Shown here in pieces: positions 8,793 through 17,507 of a stretch of 64,000 nucleotides of DNA. Positions within the stretch are counted from its first letter, which is position 1. Each line of letters begins with the position of its first letter. Both the position numbers and the translations under genes were made by a program. The notes beneath the pieces were generated by a model, which was not told the origin of the DNA, made no database searches, and was given only the letters and a program-made list of their open reading frames with translations. The DNA is from Phycisphaerae bacterium (GTDB lineage: Bacteria; Planctomycetota; Phycisphaerae; FEN-1346). Location of the stretch: assembly GCA_035529015.1 (NCBI GenBank), contig DATKXP010000079.1, positions 5,513 to 69,512 on the forward strand, given 5' to 3'.

Positions 8793-10469
8793 ATGAGAAC
8801 GGTAGCGTTTTACAGTTTTAAGGGAGGAACGGGCAAATCGCTCGCGGCTGCCAACATGGCCGTCTGCCTCTCGCGCCTCGGCAAGCACTGTGCGGTTGTC
8901 GATCTCGATTTTGACTGCCCGACCCTTCATCTGAAATTCGAGAATCTGTGCGACCATGCGCCAGGCGCAGGCGGGGTCGTGGACTTTGTCCGATCCCACA
9001 CCAAGGGAGACCCCTGGACAGGCTGGAACTCGGTGAAGTTGGTAAGCAGCCGGAAGGCGCAGAAGCCGCTGTCTGACTTCACCTACCCCGTGCCGCAGCG
9101 AGGCGCCGATCTTGGCACGATTCACCTTATCGCGGCCGGTGACTACATTCACCAAGAGGAATACTTGGCAAGTGTTGCCAGTCCTGTCTGGACTATGCTC
9201 TTCGCCAGTGACGTAGGGCTCGGGGTGGGGGCCTTCACCGCGAAGCAGGCCTCCCAGTGCGAGAGATTTCTGGAAAGCTTCAAGGAACAGGTGTCGGACC
9301 TCAGCCCTGAACCCGAGTATTTTCTCCTCGACCTCCGCAGCGGTTTTGGGCCACTGAGTCGGACAACCATCAGGCTCTGGGCGGATGTCGTCGCCGTTTT
9401 CCTGGCAAGCAACGTTGAGAGCGTCAGCATTCTTAGCGGGATGCTGAGAGAGATGCAGGCTTGGTTTGACGGACCACTGACTTATGAAGCGGTTGTTCCG
9501 GTGCTGACCCGTACACCCATGACCCTCGAGACCGGGCGGGGAGTCGAGGTGAAGCAGACTATTCTTTCGATGCTTTCCTTGCAAGAGGACGAACTATACT
9601 ATCTGCATTCAGACCGCGACGTGGAGATGTTCGAGCATTTGCGGCTCGGGCTGTCGCATATGCCGCACAACTGCCTCCTTTCTCACGAGTATGTCCGGCT
9701 GTTCGCTCGACTCATGCTTCCCGCGAAGGAGTATGCAGGGCAGGATGTAACGGAACAAGTGGACGAAATGGCTAGGGCGATCAAATCAAGTATCAAGCTC
9801 GGCCAGTTTGTCCAGTGGAAGGACCGTGTGTTTAGGCTCGAGACGGAGCGCGGCGCTCTTATCAACCCTAGTGACAATGCACGCAACGTTTCATTCAAGG
9901 TGGAGACCATAAAGCTCCTACTGCACAGTTTGCGGGAGGAGTTGCTGACCCCGGCGGAGGCAGAACAGGCTCAGAGCGGGCACGATGGCACGGAGTCAGG
10001 GGCGGCGCCAACCGACGAGCCCACTGGGTTCGAGCAGGCCCTGCGCGTGGCAGGAGCGGAGTGTGGCAAGAGATTCGGCTCTGTGTTGATAAACGACGTC
10101 TGGCGTCTGAAAGGGCCAGCCAAGGAGAATCATGAGGACTGGGTGAGGAAATGGTCCGACTTCGACTCGGACGTTGGTTTCGGGCGGTTCGCACCCAAGT
10201 CAGGGAGTTTGCGCGTTGAGGGAGGACGACTGACCTCCTGCAAAATCGTTCTGCGAGAGAGTTTCCTCGCGCCTGCTCACGATTCCGAGTACGGGGACCA
10301 TGCTTTGTGCAGTTTCATCAGCGGATACATCGAAGGCGTTCTATCACACATACTCGGAGGCACCTATACGGTCATCCACGAAATTCTCGGATACGAGGAC
10401 GAGCAGTCGAGAAGCGAGAGCTGCGTGTTCAAGGTTGCGAAGAAACCAACAGGCACGACGGAGACGTAG
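8793..10469 (+). CDS. ParA/MinD-like P-loop ATPase fused to a C-terminal V4R-like ligand-binding domain
   Basis: N-terminus MRTVAFYSFKGGTGKSLAAANMAVCLSRLGKHCAVVDLDFD (deviant Walker A); C-terminus HALCSFISGYIEGVLSHILGG...ESCVFKV resembles 4-vinyl-reductase (V4R) domains. Confidence 0.65.
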   Translation: MRTVAFYSFKGGTGKSLAAANMAVCLSRLGKHCAVVDLDFDCPTLHLKFENLCDHAPGAGGVVDFVRSHTKGDPWTGWNSVKLVSSRKAQKPLSDFTYPVPQRGADLGTIHLIAAGDYIHQEEYLASVASPVWTMLFASDVGLGVGAFTAKQASQCERFLESFKEQVSDLSPEPEYFLLDLRSGFGPLSRTTIRLWADVVAVFLASNVESVSILSGMLREMQAWFDGPLTYEAVVPVLTRTPMTLETGRGVEVKQTILSMLSLQEDELYYLHSDRDVEMFEHLRLGLSHMPHNCLLSHEYVRLFARLMLPAKEYAGQDVTEQVDEMARAIKSSIKLGQFVQWKDRVFRLETERGALINPSDNARNVSFKVETIKLLLHSLREELLTPAEAEQAQSGHDGTESGAAPTDEPTGFEQALRVAGAECGKRFGSVLINDVWRLKGPAKENHEDWVRKWSDFDSDVGFGRFAPKSGSLRVEGGRLTSCKIVLRESFLAPAHDSEYGDHALCSFISGYIEGVLSHILGGTYTVIHEILGYEDEQSRSESCVFKVAKKPTGTTET

Positions 10470-10514
10470 CCTCGCGCTTGTGCATGGGCCGTACGTCCGA
10501 TGGAGGGATAGGCT

Positions 10515-11588
10515 GTGGCGAGCAAGTCGCGGGTCTGCCTGATATATACAGGCGGAACGATCGGGATGCAGAGGCTGTCGGACGGCACGCTCACCCCCCC
10601 TGACGACCCCAGAGATTTCCTTCGCGTCGCGCCCGAACTGCCCAAGATCACGGAATTCGACTTCGTACCTCTGATGAACAAGGACAGCACGAATGTGCAC
10701 CCCGGGGATTGGACCGAGATGGCGAAGGCCGTCTATGAGCGGCGCCTGGCCGGGTACGATGGCTTTGTCATCGCGCACGGCACGGACACGATGCATTTCT
10801 CGGCGTCGGCCCTGGCGTTCGCCCTCGGCCCGAACCTCGACTTCCCCGTCGTCTTCACGGGGGCCCAGACGATCCCCGAGGTCAGCCACGGGGACGCCCG
10901 GGTCAACCTCCTGCGGGCCTGCAAGGTCGCCACGACGGACCTCGCGGAGGTGGTGATCTCCTTCGGCGACTACATCTTCCGCGGCTGCCGTGCCCAGAAG
11001 AAGGACGAGCGACGGTTCGACGCGTTCGAGTCGCCCGCCTTCTTCCCCCTCGGTTATATCACGGAGGAGATCGTCATCCAGCCCCTGGCGAAGCGCCGCC
11101 ATCGCCAGGACAACATCGAGTTGAGGGCGGACTTCGTGCAGGGCGTGCTCCAGGTCTCGCTGATCCCCGGCTTGGAACCGGAGCTTCTCGTGCCGTCCCT
11201 GGAATCGCCTTTATGCAAGGGCGTCATGCTCCAGTCCTTTGGGGCGGGGAACGTCCCCCACGAAAAACCGTACGCCTTCACAGAGTTTGTCCGTCAGGCC
11301 AGAGCCTTGAACAAGCCGGTAACCATCGCGAGTCAGTTCCCGGCTAATGCCACGCTCCACACGGCATACGAGCCAGGCCGCGCAGCCGTGCAGGCGGGGG
11401 CCATCCCCACGGGGAATATGACCAGTTCCTGCGCTGCTGCCAAGTTCCGGTGGGTGTTGGCTCAGGTAGAGCGTGAGATCCGCGAGGGCGCTGTTAGCGA
11501 ATCCCAAAGACTTGATCGGGTTGCCAAGATGATGCAGACCGTGTACGTAGGAGAAATGGACGTCCCGACTGAACGGATCCGACCGTAA
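10515..11588 (+). CDS. type I L-asparaginase / GatD-like amidohydrolase
   Basis: VCLIYTGGTIGM catalytic Thr motif, AHGTDTM second Thr motif, FTGAQ; 357 aa. Confidence 0.8.
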   Translation: MASKSRVCLIYTGGTIGMQRLSDGTLTPPDDPRDFLRVAPELPKITEFDFVPLMNKDSTNVHPGDWTEMAKAVYERRLAGYDGFVIAHGTDTMHFSASALAFALGPNLDFPVVFTGAQTIPEVSHGDARVNLLRACKVATTDLAEVVISFGDYIFRGCRAQKKDERRFDAFESPAFFPLGYITEEIVIQPLAKRRHRQDNIELRADFVQGVLQVSLIPGLEPELLVPSLESPLCKGVMLQSFGAGNVPHEKPYAFTEFVRQARALNKPVTIASQFPANATLHTAYEPGRAAVQAGAIPTGNMTSSCAAAKFRWVLAQVEREIREGAVSESQRLDRVAKMMQTVYVGEMDVPTERIRP

Positions 11589-11607
11589 TCTCAAAGGAGA
11601 GGCGGCA

Positions 11608-13119
11608 ATGGGAAATCTCAAGCCAGAGAACGCCGTGGCTAGAGTCTATATCCTGTACACCGGCGGCACTATCGGGATGGTACCTGAGGACCCGGACAAC
11701 CCAGCCAGCCCGCTCGTTCCGGCGAATGAGGACGAACTCAAGATGTACGTGCCGGGCTTGGGGGAGAAGGAGGGCATTCACTGGGAAATCGGGCGACTGG
11801 TGGACGAGAAGGGCGACGACGTTCCGCCCCTCGATTCGTCCGACGTTAACTCGGAGCATTGGATTTACATGGCAACGTCCATCGAGAAAGTCTACGACGA
11901 GTTTGACGGCTTCGTCATTCTCCACGGCACTGACACCATGGCGTACACGGCTTCAGGCCTTTCCTTCCTCCTAGCCAACCTGGCAAAACCGGTTGTCATT
12001 ACCGGTTCACAGCTGCCGATCTGCCAGACGCGGACCGACGCCGTTCAGAACTTCGTGAATGCCCTTTACATCGCCGGCTACAAAGCCACAGGCTTCCCTC
12101 TCGTGCCGGAAGTCACGATCTGTTTCGGCGACGTCCTGCTTCGGGGGAACCGCACGCGCAAGGTGAGCACCGCCTCATGGCAGGGCTTCGACACGCCCAA
12201 CTTCCCAAAACTGGGTACCATCGGCGAGCACATCCGGATCAACACCAACCTTGTCCGTCCACCAGCCGACAATGAGAAGGCCCCGTTTTTCGCTCACAAG
12301 ACCCTAGTTTCCGACGTAATGGACATGGGCCTGTTCCCGGGCCTTAGGGCCACTCAATTGGAAAGGCTCCTCGGCATGGAGGGCCTGAAGGGCATTGTCC
12401 TCAGGACCTTCGGTGCGGGAAATGCACCGAGTTACGACGATTTCCTCGATGTGATCGGGAAGGCCATCAGGGGCGAAGGTCAGGGGGGGAGACTTATCCT
12501 CAACGTCACGCAGTGCGTCGAGGGCATGGTTGAGATGGGCCTCTATGCAGCCAGCAGCGGCCTGCTTGAGCGTGGAGTCATCAGCGGCTTGGACATGACG
12601 CCCGAGGCAGCGTTGGCGAAGCTGATGTGGATACTTGCCACGGAGTCGGATCCTGAAGAGATCCAGAAGCAGCTCCAGATAAACCAACGCGGGGAACAGA
12701 GCCAAAACCTGTTTGACGTTCGGTATGGCGGGGCCGGCAAGAAGTCCGAACCGCAGGCAATCGTCAAGGTCTCCGCCCGGCCTTCGGGCCAGTTTGACAA
12801 GACCGCTCTCCACCGCGCCGTCCTGCGCATTTCGGGCGTGGGTTTCGCAGACACGGCAGAGGGCGAAGATGTAGGGCTGCGCGTGTTCATCAACCTGCCC
12901 GGAGCAACTGCCGACACGCCCACAGCCGACCCGCACTTCGCGGCGGCTTTCGAGGAGAAGTACAAGGGGCCGAAGGGCACGAGGTTTCTGCGAGAGGTGA
13001 CAGCTGCCGTCAACAGGGTGGTCGAGTCCGGACGGCCGATCAACATCACACTTGTGCCGATGGGAGGAAAGAAGATCTGGTACGATGGCCTGTACCTGGC
13101 GCTATTCTGCAAGGCGTGA
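11608..13119 (+). CDS. asparaginase/GatD-like amidohydrolase with ~140 aa unknown C-terminal extension
   Basis: ILYTGGTIGM, LHGTDTMAYT, ITGSQLP motifs; 503 aa; C-terminal domain unrecognised. Confidence 0.75.
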   Translation: MGNLKPENAVARVYILYTGGTIGMVPEDPDNPASPLVPANEDELKMYVPGLGEKEGIHWEIGRLVDEKGDDVPPLDSSDVNSEHWIYMATSIEKVYDEFDGFVILHGTDTMAYTASGLSFLLANLAKPVVITGSQLPICQTRTDAVQNFVNALYIAGYKATGFPLVPEVTICFGDVLLRGNRTRKVSTASWQGFDTPNFPKLGTIGEHIRINTNLVRPPADNEKAPFFAHKTLVSDVMDMGLFPGLRATQLERLLGMEGLKGIVLRTFGAGNAPSYDDFLDVIGKAIRGEGQGGRLILNVTQCVEGMVEMGLYAASSGLLERGVISGLDMTPEAALAKLMWILATESDPEEIQKQLQINQRGEQSQNLFDVRYGGAGKKSEPQAIVKVSARPSGQFDKTALHRAVLRISGVGFADTAEGEDVGLRVFINLPGATADTPTADPHFAAAFEEKYKGPKGTRFLREVTAAVNRVVESGRPINITLVPMGGKKIWYDGLYLALFCKA

Positions 13120-13156
13120 ACCCGGCCCTGGCCCTCGGCTCAATAAGGCTTCTTCG

Positions 13157-13181
13157 GCGGCAGTTTCTGGCCGCGTTTCTT
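13157..13181 (+). terminator. weak hairpin plus T-rich tract after the second asparaginase gene
   Basis: GCGGC (13157-13161) pairs with GCCGC (13170-13174), 8-nt loop, then GTTTCTT; only a 5 bp stem. Confidence 0.25.
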
Positions 13182-13799
13182 GACAGATTTCCCTACACCT
13201 CGATCGGCCTTGGCCCGACAGTCCAGAGGCATGGCGGTCCCGGAAACGGGGCCCAGTCCGGGATCCAGGGAGCGTATACGCAAGATGGGGGAGAGAATGA
13301 CGTGCGAAGCGAGGGGTTCGTCACTGCCTGTTGGCCTCCGTGAGGAGGGACCCCATGCCGGGCCGCCCATTTGCGGTGCCAGCGTCTAGATGCGGAAGAA
13401 TCTGTGTCGAGTTGCAGTTTCCCGTCCCATTTCGCACTTCTCGTGTCGGTACAGGGCAGATGATGCAACCACTTTCGCCAACGTGTGATGTGGCGCGGCT
13501 TGAGGCGGAACTCAGCCTCGTGCCGCACGTGGACCGGGAGGAGGCCGTGCAGGAGGTGTGGCTCGCCCACCTGTCCGGGCGAAGACCCTATAAGCAGGTT
13601 TGCCATCCGCCCCCGTCTGGCTGGGCCAATCAGCAATCCGGGCCGCCCGTCGCTCTTTGGCCCAAAGCCGATGCCATAAAGCCCTAATTCCTTGGCGCCC
13701 ACTTGACAGGCTGTTACAATTCAACAGCAATCCCTGGTCCACCTGCGTTTGTGCAAAGGCGGGGATCGGCGACGCGCCGAAAGAGTGGAGGATGGCGGC

Positions 13800-14537
13800 A
13801 TGTACGGAGCGAGAATCGATGTTCCTGTAAGGGAGTTCGCGCACATCTTTTTGCGATGTCCTGATGTGGCCTTGAGAGACATTGAGGATATTGTGCTCAC
13901 AATCCGTCGCTTAGACCACGCCGTTGAGGCTGGTGATTGGGCAGCGACGCCTTGCTTGTGGAGACGACTCCGCTTTCTGACGGCACCTCTTGAGGAGAGC
14001 TGGCGCTCGGTCAGCGCGGCGGAAGTGGAGGAGTTGCAGATCTACGAACGGCATGAGAAGGACCTTCGGCAAGGCAAAGGTGTCATAGAGGGGCGCCTTA
14101 GTCGCATTCTTTACTTAAAGTCCGCCGACATTAACATCTATCGTCGGAGCTTGGCCTGCCGTGCAGGCCAGAAGCTTTGCCCTGACGTCTACAAAGCGCT
14201 CCGCGCGACGGATACGTTCCGGGAACTGTGTGATGATGTTGCAGACGTTGAGGAAGACTTGGTCAGGCCGAACTTCAACTTCCTTGTTCTCGCGCAGCGA
14301 TTGAGCGTGGATCCGGTAAGCGTGGTATGCGCAGAGTTCGACGCCTTGCTCGGCGTAGCTCTGGCTACACTGCGAAGACTGTGCGCTGGTGGGGCTCTGG
14401 ATGCTGAGTCTTGTGCCGTGCTGGAGGCGGCGATGGCTGATGAGGAAGAAAGGTTCAGGGCATTGATCCCTGAGAAGCTCGGCTGGCTGGCCCTTGCCGG
14501 TGGCGGGAGGACGGTGGCCTCGGTGGGGGCAGCGTAA
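13800..14537 (+). CDS. hypothetical all-helical protein
   Basis: SD GGAGGA 7 nt before ATG 13800; acidic LCDDVADVEEDL segment; no firm family assignment. Confidence 0.5.
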   Translation: MYGARIDVPVREFAHIFLRCPDVALRDIEDIVLTIRRLDHAVEAGDWAATPCLWRRLRFLTAPLEESWRSVSAAEVEELQIYERHEKDLRQGKGVIEGRLSRILYLKSADINIYRRSLACRAGQKLCPDVYKALRATDTFRELCDDVADVEEDLVRPNFNFLVLAQRLSVDPVSVVCAEFDALLGVALATLRRLCAGGALDAESCAVLEAAMADEEERFRALIPEKLGWLALAGGGRTVASVGAA

Positions 14538-14541
14538 CAGT

Positions 14542-15450
14542 ATGGACCGGCAGCGTTTGCTTTCGAGAAGGGCTGTGCTGTTTCCGACAGATACGTCTTT
14601 CGAAGGACGTAGCCGACTTGCAGTTGCTGTCAGGTCGCGCGGTTGCGCACATGCGCGCTCGTTTGGACCGTGCATTTACTGTGCTTGCCTAAACGATCCT
14701 CTTTGTTGCCAGAGTCCGGACGTTGCGATAAGGGACTTCGCCGCGACGATTCAGGAGTACGCTGGAGAGCAGATAGATGTAGTAAGTCTGCTGTGTCCAG
14801 GTTCCTTTCTCGACGAGCAGGACCTGCCGCGGCACACCGCCGAAGAGATGGTGCGGAGCGCGATCGACTCTTTGCGTGTCGAGACGGTCACGGTGGAAAG
14901 CCGACCGACGTTTGTGTCGGACGCGTCTGTGGAGTGGCTCCGGGGGGCCGCCGCTGGTGCACAGGTCGAGATCGCGATCGGTTTCGATACTGTCTCGGAT
15001 TCGGTCCGTAACGGCGTTATCGGCAAGAAGATCTCAAGGTACGAGCTGCGTCGAGCAGTCCAGTGTGCGAAGAGGCGCGGCACTAGACCTGTGCCCTTCG
15101 TAGTTGCTCAACCGCCCGGCGTGACACGGGCTCAGGCAGTGGCCGAAGCCGTGAGCACCGTGATCTTCCTTCGGGACTTGGGGGTTACCGAGTGCTGGAT
15201 GGAGCCGGTTCTTGTGGTTGCAGGCAGTAGGCTACAGGAGCTCTGGGAGGCTGGGGAATACCGATTGCCGGAACCCAGTATTGTCGACGAGATCGAGGCA
15301 GCGTGCTCTGAGGTGATGGGGGTCCGTCGGGGTGGTGACATCGCGTCACCGAGGGTTGTTGCGCCGAGTGCCGTTGCAGAGAGGAGGACCCAACAGCATT
15401 GCCAGAGGACGGTGGCTGGTTGTTTCTGTGGTGTCAGCAAGAGCAAGTAG
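14542..15450 (+). CDS. putative radical SAM protein with non-canonical Cx8Cx2C spacing
   Basis: RGCAHARSFGPCIYCAC near the N-terminus; overall size and pattern recall the TIGR01210/RaSEA-type branch, from memory only. Confidence 0.5.
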   Translation: MDRQRLLSRRAVLFPTDTSFEGRSRLAVAVRSRGCAHARSFGPCIYCACLNDPLCCQSPDVAIRDFAATIQEYAGEQIDVVSLLCPGSFLDEQDLPRHTAEEMVRSAIDSLRVETVTVESRPTFVSDASVEWLRGAAAGAQVEIAIGFDTVSDSVRNGVIGKKISRYELRRAVQCAKRRGTRPVPFVVAQPPGVTRAQAVAEAVSTVIFLRDLGVTECWMEPVLVVAGSRLQELWEAGEYRLPEPSIVDEIEAACSEVMGVRRGGDIASPRVVAPSAVAERRTQQHCQRTVAGCFCGVSKSK

Positions 15451-15505
15451 TCTGAGCGCGGTGTTCTGAAGCTACAACTGAGTACGGGATCCGGAGCGTA
15501 CCGAC

Positions 15506-16798
15506 ATGCATATCTGCTTTGTCTCGCCTCGCCCCTCTTCGTCGGACGGCATCTTTGGCGTTGAGCCACTCCGTATACCTCCCTTGGGTCTCCTTATTCT
15601 TGCGTCCCTTACTCCGGACACGGTTAAGGTCGACGTATTCGATGAGCATCTGGAGGAGCTTCCAGATCTCAGCACTTATGACCTGGTAGGTATGACGTGT
15701 TCCACTGCTGCATCGACGAGGGCTTACGAGATTGCCGATCACTGCAAGAACCTTGGGGTTCGGGTAGCTCTCGGAGGATGCCATCCCTCCTTGCTTCCCG
15801 AAGAGGCACTTGGGCATGCGGACTTCGTCTTCGTGGGGCCGGCCGAGAGAACGTGGCCGCAGTTCATCTCAGAGTTCGCCGCAGATTCTGCTAGACGACT
15901 GTATAGCGACACAAAGCTTGGTAGGCTTTTGAATCTGCCCTTACCGGATTTCTCCAAGGTCGCAAGACTCGCGCCGCGATATGGCACTATGAATGTAGCG
16001 CTCTCAAGCCTGGGCTGCAGTCACCGGTGTGCTTTCTGTACCGTCTACGCCTCCTCTGGGATAGGCTTCAGGCCGAGACCGATTGAGGATGTTGTTCGAG
16101 ACCTTAAGCCCATGAGCGGGCAGTTTGTGTGGTTTGTTGATGACAACCTCTATTGCAATCGGGAGTATGCGCTAAGGCTCTTCCGGGCTATCGAGCCCCT
16201 CCAGCTCACATGGCTGAACCAAGCGAGTATTTCAATCGGCCATGATCTGGACACGCTTGTAGCCGCGAAAAGGAGCGGCTGCATCTCTCTGCTGATAGGA
16301 CTGGAGTCACTTTCGGCGCGGTCCCTGAGAGCAAGCCGCAAGACCTGCAATGTGCCGGACGAATACAGATCCTGTGTTGATGCCATACGGGGGGAGGGAA
16401 TAGGTGTTGAGGCGGCTTTCATATTTGGGTTTGACGAAGAGGACGAGGGTGTCTTCGAAACGACGCTAGGGTTCTGCTACGATGCCGACGTTGAGCTGGC
16501 ACACTTCTCTATACTCACTCCTTTTCCGGGAACGAGCTTCTACGCGCGATGCCTTCGCGAAGAAAGACTTCTCAAACAAGAGTGGCGCTACTTTGATGGG
16601 TTTCACGTGGTGTTCAAGCCTGCTCTCATGTCCGCGGAGAGGCTTTTGCGAGGCTTCCGTGAGGCGTACCAGGAGTTCTATCGGCCGGAGGCAATAGCCC
16701 GTCGCCGCCGCCGCGCGGTCCAGCCGGCGTGGTATTTCTCGGCCATAAACAGGGACTACGGTGTGCTAGGCAGGAGTGCGGATTCAGGTGGAGGGTGA
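15506..16798 (+). CDS. B12-binding-domain radical SAM protein
   Basis: N-terminal Rossmann-like MHICFVSP...LLILASL...YDLVGMTC then LGCSHRCAFC (CxxxCxxC); 430 aa. Confidence 0.75.
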   Translation: MHICFVSPRPSSSDGIFGVEPLRIPPLGLLILASLTPDTVKVDVFDEHLEELPDLSTYDLVGMTCSTAASTRAYEIADHCKNLGVRVALGGCHPSLLPEEALGHADFVFVGPAERTWPQFISEFAADSARRLYSDTKLGRLLNLPLPDFSKVARLAPRYGTMNVALSSLGCSHRCAFCTVYASSGIGFRPRPIEDVVRDLKPMSGQFVWFVDDNLYCNREYALRLFRAIEPLQLTWLNQASISIGHDLDTLVAAKRSGCISLLIGLESLSARSLRASRKTCNVPDEYRSCVDAIRGEGIGVEAAFIFGFDEEDEGVFETTLGFCYDADVELAHFSILTPFPGTSFYARCLREERLLKQEWRYFDGFHVVFKPALMSAERLLRGFREAYQEFYRPEAIARRRRRAVQPAWYFSAINRDYGVLGRSADSGGG

Positions 16799-16803
16799 TC
16801 GAC

Positions 16804-17496
16804 ATGTGTGAGGCGGCAGGTGCGGAAGCACAGCCACTCCAAGACTACCGCGAGGAAGTGGAGACTCATTTCTTGGCCTGCACGGCGTTCGTTTTCTTGG
16901 TGAGCGCCGGTCACGGTCTGTCCCAGGTAGTGACGGGGTGGTTTGCCGAGAGCCCCTGGCTCCTCGGCTATGCCGCGTGGGTCGCTGCGTCGTTCATACT
17001 CTTCGGCTGTCATTGTAAGAAGTCCCGAGGGCCACACGGGGAATGGCTAAAGGCTCAGCAGGAGAAGCCTTGGCTCGTCATCTTGGTCGACCTGTTCATG
17101 ACGGGTGCGTTTGTGTTCTTGGCGGGGGGATGCAGAAGCGGCATGATGTTCCTTTTCTGCTGGTGCTTTCTCTTCGATACTGTCCTGCTTCTCCCCGTCC
17201 ACGGTGATAAGCCTCGCACGGTGCTGGCGATGGTTCTGTACGGTAGCCTGGCGCTCTTGGTTCTTGTGGCAGCGACGGTTCCGTATGAGGTCTGGAGCTT
17301 ACATCCCATGAATGTTGGGATGACGCCAGCAGAAGCCAGATTGAAACTGGGCGACAATGCTTGGCTGGTATGGCTCCAGTACGCGCTGGTGCTGTTGCTC
17401 ATTGTCGGGCTGTGCTACGCTTGCCTAGGGCTTAGACGTATTGCCCGGAGGCACCTGGCTGTTGCTGGCTTGGGAGGTGGCGCAGCGCGGAAATAG
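16804..17496 (+). CDS. multi-pass membrane protein
   Basis: Five to six hydrophobic helices; Cys/Phe-rich (MMFLFCWCFLFDTVLLL); start taken at ATG 16804. Confidence 0.55.
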   Translation: MCEAAGAEAQPLQDYREEVETHFLACTAFVFLVSAGHGLSQVVTGWFAESPWLLGYAAWVAASFILFGCHCKKSRGPHGEWLKAQQEKPWLVILVDLFMTGAFVFLAGGCRSGMMFLFCWCFLFDTVLLLPVHGDKPRTVLAMVLYGSLALLVLVAATVPYEVWSLHPMNVGMTPAEARLKLGDNAWLVWLQYALVLLLIVGLCYACLGLRRIARRHLAVAGLGGGAARK

Positions 17497-17507
17497 GTGC
17501 GGATGCC

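Noticed and set aside
13331-13687. 118-aa ORF with an REEAVQEVWLAHLSGR segment faintly like sigma-70 region 2
   Set aside because: The match is too short, the rest is Pro/Arg-rich, and there is no region 4. It is probably non-coding or a decayed fragment.
13703-13720. Perfect TTGACA and TACAAT hexamers
   Set aside because: They are only 6 nt apart, so they cannot be the -35/-10 of one sigma70 promoter. Pairing TACAAT with TTGGCG 17 nt upstream (13692-13697) is possible but too weak to report as a feature.
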